The notes under the pieces are model-generated. The model saw only the letters and a program-made list of their open reading frames with translations. It was not told the DNA's origin and made no database searches. From NCBI GenBank assembly GCA_965238075.1, contig OZ250173.1:256001-320000 (forward strand): DNA of 64,000 nucleotides, written 5' to 3'. Below, in pieces: positions 29,143 to 39,087 of this stretch; position 1 is the first letter of the stretch, and each line of letters begins with the position of its first letter. Both the position numbers and the translations under genes were made by a program. Origin of the DNA: Candidatus Entotheonellaceae bacterium. GTDB taxonomy: Bacteria; Tectomicrobia; Entotheonellia; Entotheonellales; Entotheonellaceae.

Positions 29143-29466
29143 ATGTATGTCCTCAAACGGGTTTTTCAAGTACAACGCGGCCAAGAGTGGAAGGCTGCTG
29201 CCCTGGCCACCCGGATCGCTGCCGCCTACGAGGCGGCCGGCCGTAATCCGTCAAGCGTCTACATCGGCGGCACCGGGTTGCCCGGCGAGCCCGGCATGGT
29301 GTACGTGGAGTGGACGCAGGACCGAATTGAGCCGAACCGCTACTCCGACGTGCCCAAGGCCGTTTTCGAGCTCGTGAAAGAGTTGCGTCCGATCCAGGAG
29401 GATACCTGGATCGAATTCTACGAGTTGGTGACCCCGGAAAAACTGCATGACCGCGGCGCGGCCTGA
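29143..29466 (+). CDS. Hypothetical protein (possible dimeric alpha/beta barrel)
   Basis: GGAGG RBS; typical codon usage; alternating strand/helix pattern. Confidence 0.65.
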   Translation: MYVLKRVFQVQRGQEWKAAALATRIAAAYEAAGRNPSSVYIGGTGLPGEPGMVYVEWTQDRIEPNRYSDVPKAVFELVKELRPIQEDTWIEFYELVTPEKLHDRGAA

Positions 29467-29493
29467 GCTTCTCCCAACGGCACCAGGTGAATC

Positions 29494-31211
29494 ATGGTCA
29501 AGATGAGCGGTGGCGAAGCCTTGGCGAAGTCTCTCGTAAAAGAGGGCGTTGAGGTCGTATTCGGCATCCCAGGCATACAGATATACGGAATCGTGGCCGC
29601 AATACGGGATGAGCCGGGCCTTGGCATGGTCACCACGCGCCACGAACAAGCTGCGTCATACATGGCCGACGGCTATTCGCGCGCGTCGGGAAAACCGGGC
29701 GTCGCCCTTGTGGTTCCAGGCGTGGGTCTTTACAACGCCGCCTCCGGCTTGGCCACTGCGTACGCCCGTTCTTCGCCCGTGCTCTGTGTTGCCGGACAGA
29801 TCCCGCGCCACCAGATGGGAAAAACCTCGGAGCCGTTCATGAAATTTCAAATCAGCCGGAAGTCGTGTGCCCCGTCACCAAGTGGCAGCGGCAGGCGCTC
29901 CGGCCTCGCGAAGTTCCGGTGTGTGTGGCCGAGGCGTTCAGACAGATGCGAACAGGCCGTCCCCGCCCTGTTCTGATTGAGATTCCCCCCGATGCTTCGG
30001 TGGAGCGAGAGGAAGTCCAGCTGCGGGAGCCGTTCCGAGTTCCCCGCATCGTACCCAGCCCTGAACACCTTCGGGAGGCTGCCCGCGTCATCGCCCAATC
30101 CCGCCTGCCCCTCATATACGCCGGCGGTGGGGTGGCGCGATCAGACGCGGAAGAAGCTCTCGTCAAACTGGCCGAAGCGACCAACATACCTGTCGTCACA
30201 TCCACCGGCGGTAAGGGAACCATTCCGGACAAACATCCGCTGTCTTACGGCTCGTGTTTCAGCCCTCGGGGAGAGAGACAGGAACTGAATCAGCTTTACG
30301 AAGTCATGCAGTCCGCCGACGTCGTGATAGGAATCGGCACCCGTTTTTCGATGGGCAACCCGGCCGGCGAGGCGTCTACTCTCGTCAACATCAACATAGA
30401 CGACGGGGAGCTTACCAGGGTCCAAGCCAATACCATCCCCCTGCATGGCGACGCCAGAGCGACCCTTGAAGGGATAATTCCCTACCTCACTAAGGCTAGA
30501 GCAGGAGACCGCCCGTCGCCCGTCGAAGCAGTCGTTGCGGCTCGGCGTCTGATCGCCTACTACGACATCCAGCTCCACGAGCCGCAGTATCCAGTGCTAC
30601 AGGCAATACGGAACGGCATTCCTGAGGACGCTTTCACAGTCTGGGGAATCACCCAGTTCGGCTACTACGCCCGCACTCACTGGCAGGTGAATCATGCCAA
30701 GACATACATAGATTCCGGCTATTCGTTCAACCTCGGCTATTCCTTCCAGACGGCGCTGGGCGTGAAGGTGGCTCAACCCGACCGCCCTGTGGTGTGCATC
30801 GTCGGGGACGGCGGGTTCATGTTCAATTCGTCGGAACTTTCCACCGCGGTCAAGTATGGGATTAATGTAACGACCGTCGTTTTCAGAAACGATTCCTACG
30901 GCAACATTGCCCGCGACTTGAACGAGGTGTTTAGCGGAACATACGAGACCGATCTGCACAACCCGGACTTCGTCAAGTTTGCCGAGTCGTTCGGCGCCGC
31001 CGGCATGAGAGCAAGCGACCCCATGGATTTGGAAACCCTGGTCCCCCTCGCGCTGCAACGCCAGGCCCCGGTGGTTATTGACGTACCCTTCGGAGACATG
31101 CCAATACCAGCCGCCCCACAGATTGCGCCTCTGTATCATCTACCGTGGACAATGCCCCAGGAGGGCGATCGAATCCTGAGGCAGTCGATGTGTTTGTCAA
31201 CTGCCGCCTAA
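29494..31211 (+). pseudogene. ThDP-dependent enzyme (acetolactate synthase-like), split by a 1-nt frameshift
   Basis: FGIPG, TRHEQAA.YMADGY, GRPRPV, GDGG...N; adding one A to the A5 run at 29820-29824 restores MGKNLGAVHEISNQ. Confidence 0.75.
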
Positions 31212-31394
31212 TTCACCGTTAGCTCTTCGGGTTTTGTCGTCCCAAGGACTTGCGCAGTAACCGGCAGTTTGCGACAACGGCGCCTCAGGCGATTGTGTCG
31301 GCGTCGTTCCACCGCGAAATCAAGCGATGGCAAATCCCGCCCACTTCTCAGCCAATTCCTGCGTGGGCATTCAGTGGCGACAAGGGGACACGTT

Positions 31395-31856
31395 ATGTCG
31401 CGGTGGCAGAGAGGTGTCGTGTGGAGCATGGCCGCGTTGACGTGCATGATCGTGCCGGCTGTCGCGGGTGCGCCAAGCAACGCCGCGCTGATGACGCTGG
31501 TGATGCCCGGCGTTGTATCTGGGGAAGTGGCGAAACGCACCGAGGTACTACGGGATTTGCTGTCGCAGTATTACACGCTGGTGCCGCAAGACCAGGCGCA
31601 GACGGCCGAAGCCCGCGCGGTGAGCGCCGGATGTGAAGGGACGGAGGCGTGCATGGCGGAAGTCCGGCAGGCGTTAGGCGTCGATGTTGTCTACCACCTT
31701 TACATCGAAGATCAGGGGTATGTCGACCCGGTTCACCTGACCCGCCTCGGTAAAGCCGGCATCGTTAAGCAATACACCCAACGCAACCGTTGCACGCGTC
31801 GACTCTATCGCAGAACTCTGGAGCAACTTTTGCGCGCCATCCAGCATGCTCCATAA
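31395..31856 (+). CDS. Hypothetical exported protein
   Basis: Signal-peptide-like N-terminus; CEGTEAC motif; AAGGGG RBS. Confidence 0.55.
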   Translation: MSRWQRGVVWSMAALTCMIVPAVAGAPSNAALMTLVMPGVVSGEVAKRTEVLRDLLSQYYTLVPQDQAQTAEARAVSAGCEGTEACMAEVRQALGVDVVYHLYIEDQGYVDPVHLTRLGKAGIVKQYTQRNRCTRRLYRRTLEQLLRAIQHAP

Positions 31857-31927
31857 GAGCATAAGGCGGCCGCATTGCAACCGCGCCTGTGGCGGGCTCT
31901 CTCGACAGCTATGACAGGCTCCTCAGC

Positions 31928-32827
31928 ATGCAACCTGATTCGGTCACGCACTGGCAAATACCTGAACCGCTCGCCATCCGGGAAGCCCGCTTATACGATG
32001 GCTCCGTTACTTGGCTCAGACGGCATGGCAATCCTGCGGGCCCCAGGATAGTCCTCAGTCATGGGAACGGGCTTTCTGCTGACGCCTATTATCCGTTCTG
32101 GTCTCTGCTTGTCGACCACTTCGACCTTGTTTTGTACGACTTCCGAAACCACGGCTCGAACACGGTTGGAAACCTTGAAGCCCGCCAATGGCGCCGGTTT
32201 ATAGAGGACAACACCGAAGTCCTGAGCGCTATAGATGCACATTTTGGCGAGAAACCGAAAATCGGCGTGTTTCATTCGATGTCTGCGGTAACAGCCGTCC
32301 TGCAAAAGTCAGATGCGTTCTCAGCCCTTGTTCTGTTCGATCCGCCGACTTGCCCTCATGGCCGCGCCTTACAGGATTTCAGGAAAATCGGAAATCAGAT
32401 GGGCAAGGCGGCAACGAATCGTCAAGCATGGTTCAAAACCCGTGACGACTTGGCCGAGCGTTTACTTCGTTCTTCTGCGTACCAACTCTTGCTTCCCGGC
32501 GTGCCAGTACTTATCGCGCAAACGACGTTGCGCCGAGTTGAGAATGGATACGTGCTTTGCTGTCCGCCAATGTATGAAGCACAGGTAGGTATGCAACTTT
32601 ACGATGCAGCGGCGGCCTCAGACATTAGCCACTTGCCTTGTCCCGTCAAGGTCATTGGTGCCGATCCTACGGTTCCATTTTCGTTTTTGCCGAGTGTTGA
32701 CTTGAGTGACATCGTAGCCTTGGACTATGACTTCGTGCCTGAGGCAACGCACTTTTTGCAACTGGAACAGCCGGAAGCGTGCTTGACTCGGATGCTGGAT
32801 TCCCTGGAAAGCCGACAGCTTGTGTGA
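31928..32827 (+). CDS. Alpha/beta hydrolase
   Basis: SHGNG, YDFRNHG, FHSMS nucleophile elbow, THFLQLEQP. Confidence 0.85.
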   Translation: MQPDSVTHWQIPEPLAIREARLYDGSVTWLRRHGNPAGPRIVLSHGNGLSADAYYPFWSLLVDHFDLVLYDFRNHGSNTVGNLEARQWRRFIEDNTEVLSAIDAHFGEKPKIGVFHSMSAVTAVLQKSDAFSALVLFDPPTCPHGRALQDFRKIGNQMGKAATNRQAWFKTRDDLAERLLRSSAYQLLLPGVPVLIAQTTLRRVENGYVLCCPPMYEAQVGMQLYDAAAASDISHLPCPVKVIGADPTVPFSFLPSVDLSDIVALDYDFVPEATHFLQLEQPEACLTRMLDSLESRQLV

Positions 32828-32889
32828 GGTAAGTACCCCTTCAGAAATTGTTAGCGGAATCACCATGTGCCTATGGAAAGGAAACCACC

Positions 32890-34083
32890 TTGAGCAAAAC
32901 CACCCTCACTTGGTCTGAAGATCTGTCTGCCCGCCACGATGGTCTCGTCGCCCTGCGGCGCGACTTCCACCGCCACCCTGAGCTGAGCTTCCAGGAGCAC
33001 CGCACCGCCGAAATCATCGCCGAACGCCTGCACACCGCCGGCTTAGAGGTGCACACCGGCATCGGCGGCACGACGGGCGTCGTCGGCATTTTGCGCGGCG
33101 ACAAGCCCGGGCGCACGGTCGCCTGGCGTGCCGATATCGACGCCCTGCCGCTGACCGAAATACTCGACGCGCCCTTTGCCTCCGGCACCCCGGGGGTCAT
33201 GCACGCCTGCGGGCACGATGGGCACGTGGCCATCGGCATTACCCTGGCGGAACTGCTGGCCGCCCGACGCGCCGAGATGCCGGGCACGGCCGTGCTGCTG
33301 TTTCAACCCGCCGAGGAAGTCTTTGGCGGCGCCCGGCCCATGATCGAGGCCGGGGTGCTGGAAAATCCACGCGTTGCCGAGGTCTACGGCCTGCATTTGA
33401 CCACCGATACGCCGGGCGGGCACGTGGCGGTCCGCTCCGGCCCGTGCATGGCGTCGGCCGACTTTTTCGACGTCGAGGTGCGCGGCAAGGGCGGCCACGG
33501 CGCCTTTCCACACCTATCAATTGACCCCATTACCGTCGCCGCCAACATCTTGCTGGGCATGCAGAATCTGGTGTCCCGCGAGGTGGCCGCCAAGGAACCG
33601 GCGGTGTTGACCGTCGGACAGATCGTTTCCGGCACCAAGCACAACATCATTCCGGTCACCGCCACCCTGCGCGGCTCCTTACGCACCTTCAACCAGGAGG
33701 TCCGCGAACAGGTGATGGAGCGCCTGGGCGCCTTTGTCACCAACATCGCGCACGCCTATGAGGCCGAAGCCCACGTCACTTTTGCCGACGAGGGCTGTCC
33801 GACCGTGATCAACCACGAGAAGGAGTCAGCGTTCGTGCATCGCTGCGCGGTGGACGAGATCGGCGCGGAAAACGTAGGCGAGGCGGACATGATAATGGCC
33901 AGCGACGACATGAGCCTGTTTCTGGAAGAACGCCCGGGATGCTACTTCGTGGTCGGCGCCGCGCCTCCCGACGGCGTGCCGCGCCCGCATCACGCGCCGG
34001 AGTTCGAACTGAACGAAGCGGGCTTGCCAGTCGGCCTGCGCGTGGCGCTCAACGTGATGCTCAGCGCCCTGTCCGCCGGCTGA
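32890..34083 (+). CDS. M20D amidohydrolase, copy 1
   Basis: TTG start after AAGGA; HRHPELSFQE, RADIDALP, MHACGHDGH, FQPAEE, GGHGA, HHAP. Confidence 0.93.
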   Translation: MSKTTLTWSEDLSARHDGLVALRRDFHRHPELSFQEHRTAEIIAERLHTAGLEVHTGIGGTTGVVGILRGDKPGRTVAWRADIDALPLTEILDAPFASGTPGVMHACGHDGHVAIGITLAELLAARRAEMPGTAVLLFQPAEEVFGGARPMIEAGVLENPRVAEVYGLHLTTDTPGGHVAVRSGPCMASADFFDVEVRGKGGHGAFPHLSIDPITVAANILLGMQNLVSREVAAKEPAVLTVGQIVSGTKHNIIPVTATLRGSLRTFNQEVREQVMERLGAFVTNIAHAYEAEAHVTFADEGCPTVINHEKESAFVHRCAVDEIGAENVGEADMIMASDDMSLFLEERPGCYFVVGAAPPDGVPRPHHAPEFELNEAGLPVGLRVALNVMLSALSAG

Positions 34084-34104
34084 AATCGGGCGCCGCCGGC
34101 AGCC

Positions 34105-34222
34105 ATGAACGACGCCAACCGCCCCCCATGGCTTGATGCCGACGCACTGTTTGGCCGTCCCGCCGGGGCGCGCTTGCAGGCGCTGCTGGACAAACCAGAC
34201 ATCGTATCCGTGCCGGGGACGC
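34105..34222 (+). pseudogene. 5' fragment of prpB (copy A)
   Basis: MNDANRPPWLDADALFGRPAGARLQALLDKPDIVSVPG aligns with the N-terminus of the ORF at 39439. Confidence 0.8.
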
Positions 34223-34291
34223 AGGTTTCACCTGCTCACCGCGCCCCGCTTGCGCCACACCAACGCACGGCCAATAAGAAAGGAAACCCCA

Positions 34292-35485
34292 TTGAGCAAA
34301 ACCACCCTCACTTGGTCTGAAGATCTGTCCGCCCGCCACGATGGTCTCGTCGCCCTGCGGCGCGACTTCCACCGCCACCCTGAACTGAGCTTCCAGGAAC
34401 ACCGTACCGCCGAAATCATCGCCGAGCGCCTGCATGCTGCCGGCCTGGAAGTCCGCACCGGCATCGGCGGCACGACGGGCGTCGTCGGCATTCTGCGCGG
34501 CGACAAGCCCGGACGCACCGTCGCCTGGCGCGCCGATATCGACGCCTTGCCGCTGACCGAAATCCTCGACGCGCCCTTCGCCTCCGGCGCCTCCGGAGTC
34601 ATGCACGCCTGCGGGCACGATGGGCACGTGGCCATCGGCATCACCCTGGCAGAACTGCTGGCCGCCCGACGCGCCGAGGTGCCGGGGACGGCCGTGCTAC
34701 TGTTCCAACCCGCCGAGGAAGTTTTCGGCGGCGCCCGGCCCATGATCGAGGCCGGGGTGCTGGAAGACCCGCGGGTCGATGAGGTCTACGGCCTGCATTT
34801 GACCACCCAGACACCGGGCGGGCACGTGGCGGTGCGCTCCGGTCCGTGCATGGCGTCGGCTGACTTTTTCGACGTCGAAGTGCGGGGCAAGGGCGGCCAC
34901 GGCGCCTTTCCCCACCTGTCGATCGATCCCATCACCGTTGCCGCCAACATCCTGCTGGGCATGCAAAACCTCGTATCCCGCGAGGTTGCCGCCAAAGAAC
35001 CGGCGGTGCTGACCGTCGGACAAATTGTTTCCGGCACCAAGCACAACATCATTCCGGTCACCGCCACCCTACGCGGCTCCCTACGCACCTTCAATCAGGA
35101 AGTCCGCGAACAGGTGATGGAACGCCTGGGCGCCTTCGTCACCAACATCGCGCACGCTTATGAGGCCGAAGCCCACCTCGCTTTCGCTGACGAGGGCTGT
35201 CCGACCGTCGTCAATCACGACAACGAGTCGGCGTTCGTGCATCGCTGCGCGGTGGACGAGATCGGCGCCGAGCACGTGGGTGAGGCGGACATGATGATGG
35301 GCAGCGACGACATGAGCTTGTTTCTGGAAGAACGCCCGGGGTGCTACTTCCGCGTCGGCGTCGCGCCTCCCGACGGCGTGCCGCGCCCGCATCACGCGCC
35401 GGAGTTCGAAATGAACGAAGTCGGCTTGCCGGTCGGCCTGCGGGTGGCGCTCAACGTCATGCTCAACGCCCTGTCGTCGGCCTGA
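34292..35485 (+). CDS. M20D amidohydrolase, copy 2 (tandem paralog)
   Basis: Same start context, length and motifs as copy 1. Confidence 0.93.
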   Translation: MSKTTLTWSEDLSARHDGLVALRRDFHRHPELSFQEHRTAEIIAERLHAAGLEVRTGIGGTTGVVGILRGDKPGRTVAWRADIDALPLTEILDAPFASGASGVMHACGHDGHVAIGITLAELLAARRAEVPGTAVLLFQPAEEVFGGARPMIEAGVLEDPRVDEVYGLHLTTQTPGGHVAVRSGPCMASADFFDVEVRGKGGHGAFPHLSIDPITVAANILLGMQNLVSREVAAKEPAVLTVGQIVSGTKHNIIPVTATLRGSLRTFNQEVREQVMERLGAFVTNIAHAYEAEAHLAFADEGCPTVVNHDNESAFVHRCAVDEIGAEHVGEADMMMGSDDMSLFLEERPGCYFRVGVAPPDGVPRPHHAPEFEMNEVGLPVGLRVALNVMLNALSSA

Positions 35486-35489
35486 AAAC

Positions 35490-35590
35490 CGAAGCTGCCG
35501 CAGCCTTGAACACCCCATCCTGCCCCATGGCTCGATGCCGCCGCGCTGTACGCCCGCCGGTGAACGCCTGCAGACGGTGCTGGACAGATC
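35490..35590 (+). pseudogene. Degenerate 5' fragment of prpB with its leader (copy B)
   Basis: gaagctgccgcagccttgaac...tggctcgatgccgccgcgctg...cccgccggtgaacgcctgcag...ctggacaga aligns with about 39424-39528. Confidence 0.75.
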
Positions 35591-35614
35591 GAGAATAGCG
35601 CGCTGCGGGGCCCC

Positions 35615-35941
35615 TCCGGCCTGCAGCCGCCGCCGCTCCAGCAACGCCCGCATGTCACGCCGCCCGTCGGCGATCACCAGCACGTAGACGTTGTCTTCGG
35701 TCACCCGGTAGATGAATCCGGTAGGGCTTGAAGAAAACCTCCCGGTACTCCCGAACCCCAATGTCCAGCAATTCCTTGGGATAGCTGCCACGCCGAGGAT
35801 GGTCGGAAAGGCTGCTGAACGCCCCTCAATCCGATCCATTACGGGATCGGCACTTCCCGGCGAATCGTGCCGAGCGATGTAGTCGCAGATCTCCTCCAGG
35901 TCGCGCGCCGCGTCATCGGTCAGCCGGACCAGGAAGGGCAT
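35615..35941 (-). pseudogene. RelE/ParE-family toxin with two compensating frameshifts and a lost stop
   Basis: MPFLVRLTDDAARDLEEI; the middle GSYPKELL..EYREVFFKPYR lies in a shifted frame; IYRV...VIADGRRDM. Confidence 0.8.
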
Positions 35942-36216
35942 CAGCGAGTCCGCTGCCGCTCCCGCAGCCGTGCGACGACGGCGACGGCGGGCTGCACCCG
36001 GCCCGCTTCGACCTGGCGGTCACCCAACGCCAGCATCTTCAGCAGCGCCACGGTCTCCTGCATCCGCTCATAGCTGTCGATATCCTGCATGACCACCTTG
36101 GCCTCACCGTTCTGGGTGATGATCAAGGGTTCCCCCCGGTCGCCGAGCGTGCGCACGATCTCGGCGGCGTGGGCCTTGAGGTAACTGATCGGCTTAATCT
36201 GGCTGGACAGTTTCAT
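35941..36216 (-). CDS. Phd/YefM-family antitoxin
   Basis: IKPISYLKAHAAEI, PLIITQNGEAKVV; AAAGGAGG RBS; stop overlaps the toxin start. Confidence 0.9.
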   Translation of the reverse strand: MKLSSQIKPISYLKAHAAEIVRTLGDRGEPLIITQNGEAKVVMQDIDSYERMQETVALLKMLALGDRQVEAGRVQPAVAVVARLRERQRTR

Positions 36217-36289
36217 GGGCCGCCTCCTTTCAGACCACATTTGTCCTACAAACAGGTCCGACGGCAAGGACGCTCTCCGCCGAGCCAGG

Positions 36290-37485
36290 ACCAACCACGG
36301 AGCGGTATCTGCAACTCCGGCGGCGTCTACTTACTTCCCCCAACGTGTTGTGCATGAATCAACGACCAGGCAAAGTTTGTGGCAGGACCTCGTATCGACC
36401 TCACGCAGCCAGGATACGTGTGTGAGGCCGCAGTTCGTGCATGCAGGCTACCTTGAACGGACTCTGATCCACAAGGAGGACATCAAGTCGATTTGCCGAG
36501 TCGTTCGTGACGCAGCTGAGCGATACGTCGGCCAGCTTGAATCCGGAGAATCCCAGTACGCCGTGCGCTGCGATCTATCCTCGATCAAGCACCATAATCG
36601 TTTCATTGCGCCGGGACCGGAGATTCGACAACTCGAATACTGTTCAGGGCGTTCTCGGCGTTCTCGGCGTACTGCGGCGGTGCAGGTAACCCTGAAGCCG
36701 GTGCTGAACTTCCGTCAGGCAAGAGGGGGTTTCGAGTCCGAGCTGGTGGGAAACGATGTCCGGACAACTTTCGTTGGTTGGATCCAGGAGAGTCTGGACC
36801 GGGAAGGTCTGGGCAAGTATGGCGCGCGGCCGGGTGGCCGCACAAGCATGGACATCACACTTGAGCAATTGGACAAGGCTTCTGCCTTGCAGTTTCTCAT
36901 CGACCATCTGAGGCTCGGAGACTCTCGACGTCGCGGGCAGCCGTTCGGGTCCAACGCCATCTACCTCAGGGACGAGGTGATGGTCGGCGGAGGCAATGAC
37001 TATCCCGTCACCCGGATACCGGGACTGATGGTCTTTGCGGTGAATCCCACAAGGACTTGGTTCCATTCCTGCCCCAAGTCCTGGTTCCGTCGGCTGTCTT
37101 TGCAGGGCCTGATGCAACGGCGGCGGTGCTGGCTCAGTTCAACCAGTGCGCGGGACGATTGCTGGCCGAGTTTCGCGACGATCAGCCTGCTGCGATGACG
37201 GCGGTCGACGCCTTGGAGCATGAGATATTCTCGCGGCGAATTGAGAATAAACTAGCTGATCTGAGACGTGATGATGCCATTCCCATAGCTTGCTGGCAGG
37301 CATTGCATATGTTCGTTACGCTGATGAGCCGTAGCGATGCATCGGCGCGGCATTGGCTGTCATCGCTGGTTGACGGGTTGGATAGAATCATGTTGCACAG
37401 TAGCCAGCACCACCCGATTCCAGGGCAGGGCTGGAGTCATCCGGACCGGGCCGGGGACCGTCCAACGCCGGAGAGAGATCGATGA
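36290..37485 (+). pseudogene. 5'-truncated, frameshifted HAD-IIB (phosphomannomutase-like) hydrolase remnant
   Basis: GGRTSMDIT...DKASAL and IYL(R)DEVMVGGGND resemble HAD motifs III/IV; 1-nt loss near 37048; motif I absent. Confidence 0.5.
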
Positions 37486-37501
37486 GACGTGGAGACAACG
37501 G

Positions 37502-38683
37502 GTGAAGATTGCGGCGTCCGTGCTCCTGGCCTGCTTGGCCGTGGCGGCGGTTCTCGCCGTCGTATCGCCCGACGTGCGGGACGCCATGGCGTGGGGATGG
37601 GCCGTGGTTGCAGACAACGCCGCGGCGTACGAGCGCTATCTGGCGGTGCGGCCCGACGGCCGGCACGCCAGCGAAGCGCGCCGGCGCCTGGACGATTTCG
37701 CCTGGGACGACGCCCGGCGGACCGCCACGGTGGTGTCCTATCAGGCATATCTGGAGCGGTTCCCGGAAGGCCGGCACGCCAGCGAGGCGCGCCGGCGCCT
37801 GGACGATTTCGCCTGGGACGACGCCCGGCGGACCGCCACGGTGGTGTCCCATCAGGCATATCTGGAGCGATTCCCGGAAGGCCGGCACGCCAGCGAGGCA
37901 ACCGAGGTGATGCGCAGTCTCCGTCACGACGAGCGTCTCTTCACGGAATTGGAGGGGAGCGCGGACCTGACGGCGTACGAAATGTTCCTGGAGCGCTACC
38001 CCGGCCACATGCGCGAGCCGGACGCCAGACAGGCCGTCCTCGACATGCAGGAAGGGCGCGACATCGTCGACCTGATCGCCGCGGGCGACCTCGAGGTCGT
38101 AACCGCGGGCAGCGGCATTCGGGCGGTGGCGCTCCGGCTGCGGCGCCGCACGCCGCATCCGCTGGTGGTCCACCTTCCGGTCGGCACGTTCTTCGTGTCC
38201 CGGCACCGCTCCACAAAGAACATGGTGGCGACCGACGACCGCACCGTCCGGCTCATGTCGGCGGCCTGGACAGACGTCGAGGTTGCGGCGGCCTGCGCCA
38301 ACCGTCCCCGGGACATCCCCGGCGACGGCGACAGCTTCGCGGTCACCCGCGCGCCGGATCAGGCGGATCTGCGGCGCCTGATGCCCGTGCTGCGACAGGC
38401 CGGCGCCGATCCCGACGTGCGGCAAGCCGCAGTCTGGATCGTGACCGACGACGCCGACTACGAAGACCTTGGCGTTCTGGTCAGCCCCACACCGCACCAT
38501 TCGCTCGAGGGCTCGCGCGTCATCGGCAAGACCGACGCCGCGCGGGCCATGCGGATCGTCGCGGACGCCGGCATCGACATCACCCGCAAGGCCATCTGGC
38601 GCGACCGATTGACGATTGCCGACGGGGCCGGCTACAACCCGGAAGAGACGGCTGCCTTGCGGGCATGGCTCGCGCAGCCGTGA
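37502..38683 (+). CDS. Exported or membrane-anchored protein with 37-aa repeats and an unknown C-terminal domain
   Basis: GGAG RBS plus GTG; hydrophobic N-terminus; repeated YLERFPEGRHASEARRRLDDFAWDDARR. Confidence 0.75.
   Translation: MKIAASVLLACLAVAAVLAVVSPDVRDAMAWGWAVVADNAAAYERYLAVRPDGRHASEARRRLDDFAWDDARRTATVVSYQAYLERFPEGRHASEARRRLDDFAWDDARRTATVVSHQAYLERFPEGRHASEATEVMRSLRHDERLFTELEGSADLTAYEMFLERYPGHMREPDARQAVLDMQEGRDIVDLIAAGDLEVVTAGSGIRAVALRLRRRTPHPLVVHLPVGTFFVSRHRSTKNMVATDDRTVRLMSAAWTDVEVAAACANRPRDIPGDGDSFAVTRAPDQADLRRLMPVLRQAGADPDVRQAAVWIVTDDADYEDLGVLVSPTPHHSLEGSRVIGKTDAARAMRIVADAGIDITRKAIWRDRLTIADGAGYNPEETAALRAWLAQP
37658..37899 (+). repeat. Intragenic 111-bp near-identical tandem repeat (about 2.2 copies)
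   Basis: ggccggcacgccagcga recurs at 37658, 37769 and 37880. Confidence 0.9.
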
Positions 38684-39087
38684 GTGGGCGAATCGAGAGC
38701 GTCTCCCAGGCGAAGCGCCGGCACAAAAAAAAGCGGAGGCACTGACATTCAGACAGGAGCGATAACACCCCATCGTAAACATCGCCAACCGGCTGCGTGG
38801 TGCGCTCTGGCGGCGGCAATCCCGCTTTCCGCGGCCCCCGACTTCGTACAGGCGCCTCGGGTCGCCGAGTGAAGTGTGGCAGTGGTGCAAGGGGTTCTGG
38901 CTGACGGACAAAGCGTCGAGGAAGCGCGCGCCGTCGCCGGAGAGTTAGCATCATGAAAAGTCTGCGCCTGTCCTATTACCTGCAAACCGGCTCGGCACGG
39001 TGTCCGCACGCACACGCGAGCCCAGAGTCCGCGGCGACTAGAGCATTTCCGTTTCTGATTGCACCAGGAAGATAGCGGCCGGCTCAT

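Noticed and set aside
35081-35614. C-terminal extension of the 286-aa toxin ORF as a novel domain
   Set aside because: It is readthrough antisense to the prpB fragment and the M20 gene after stop loss.
37658-37899. Regularly spaced repeats as a CRISPR array
   Set aside because: The intervening sequence is also repeated, the period is a multiple of 3 within an ORF, and there are no cas genes.
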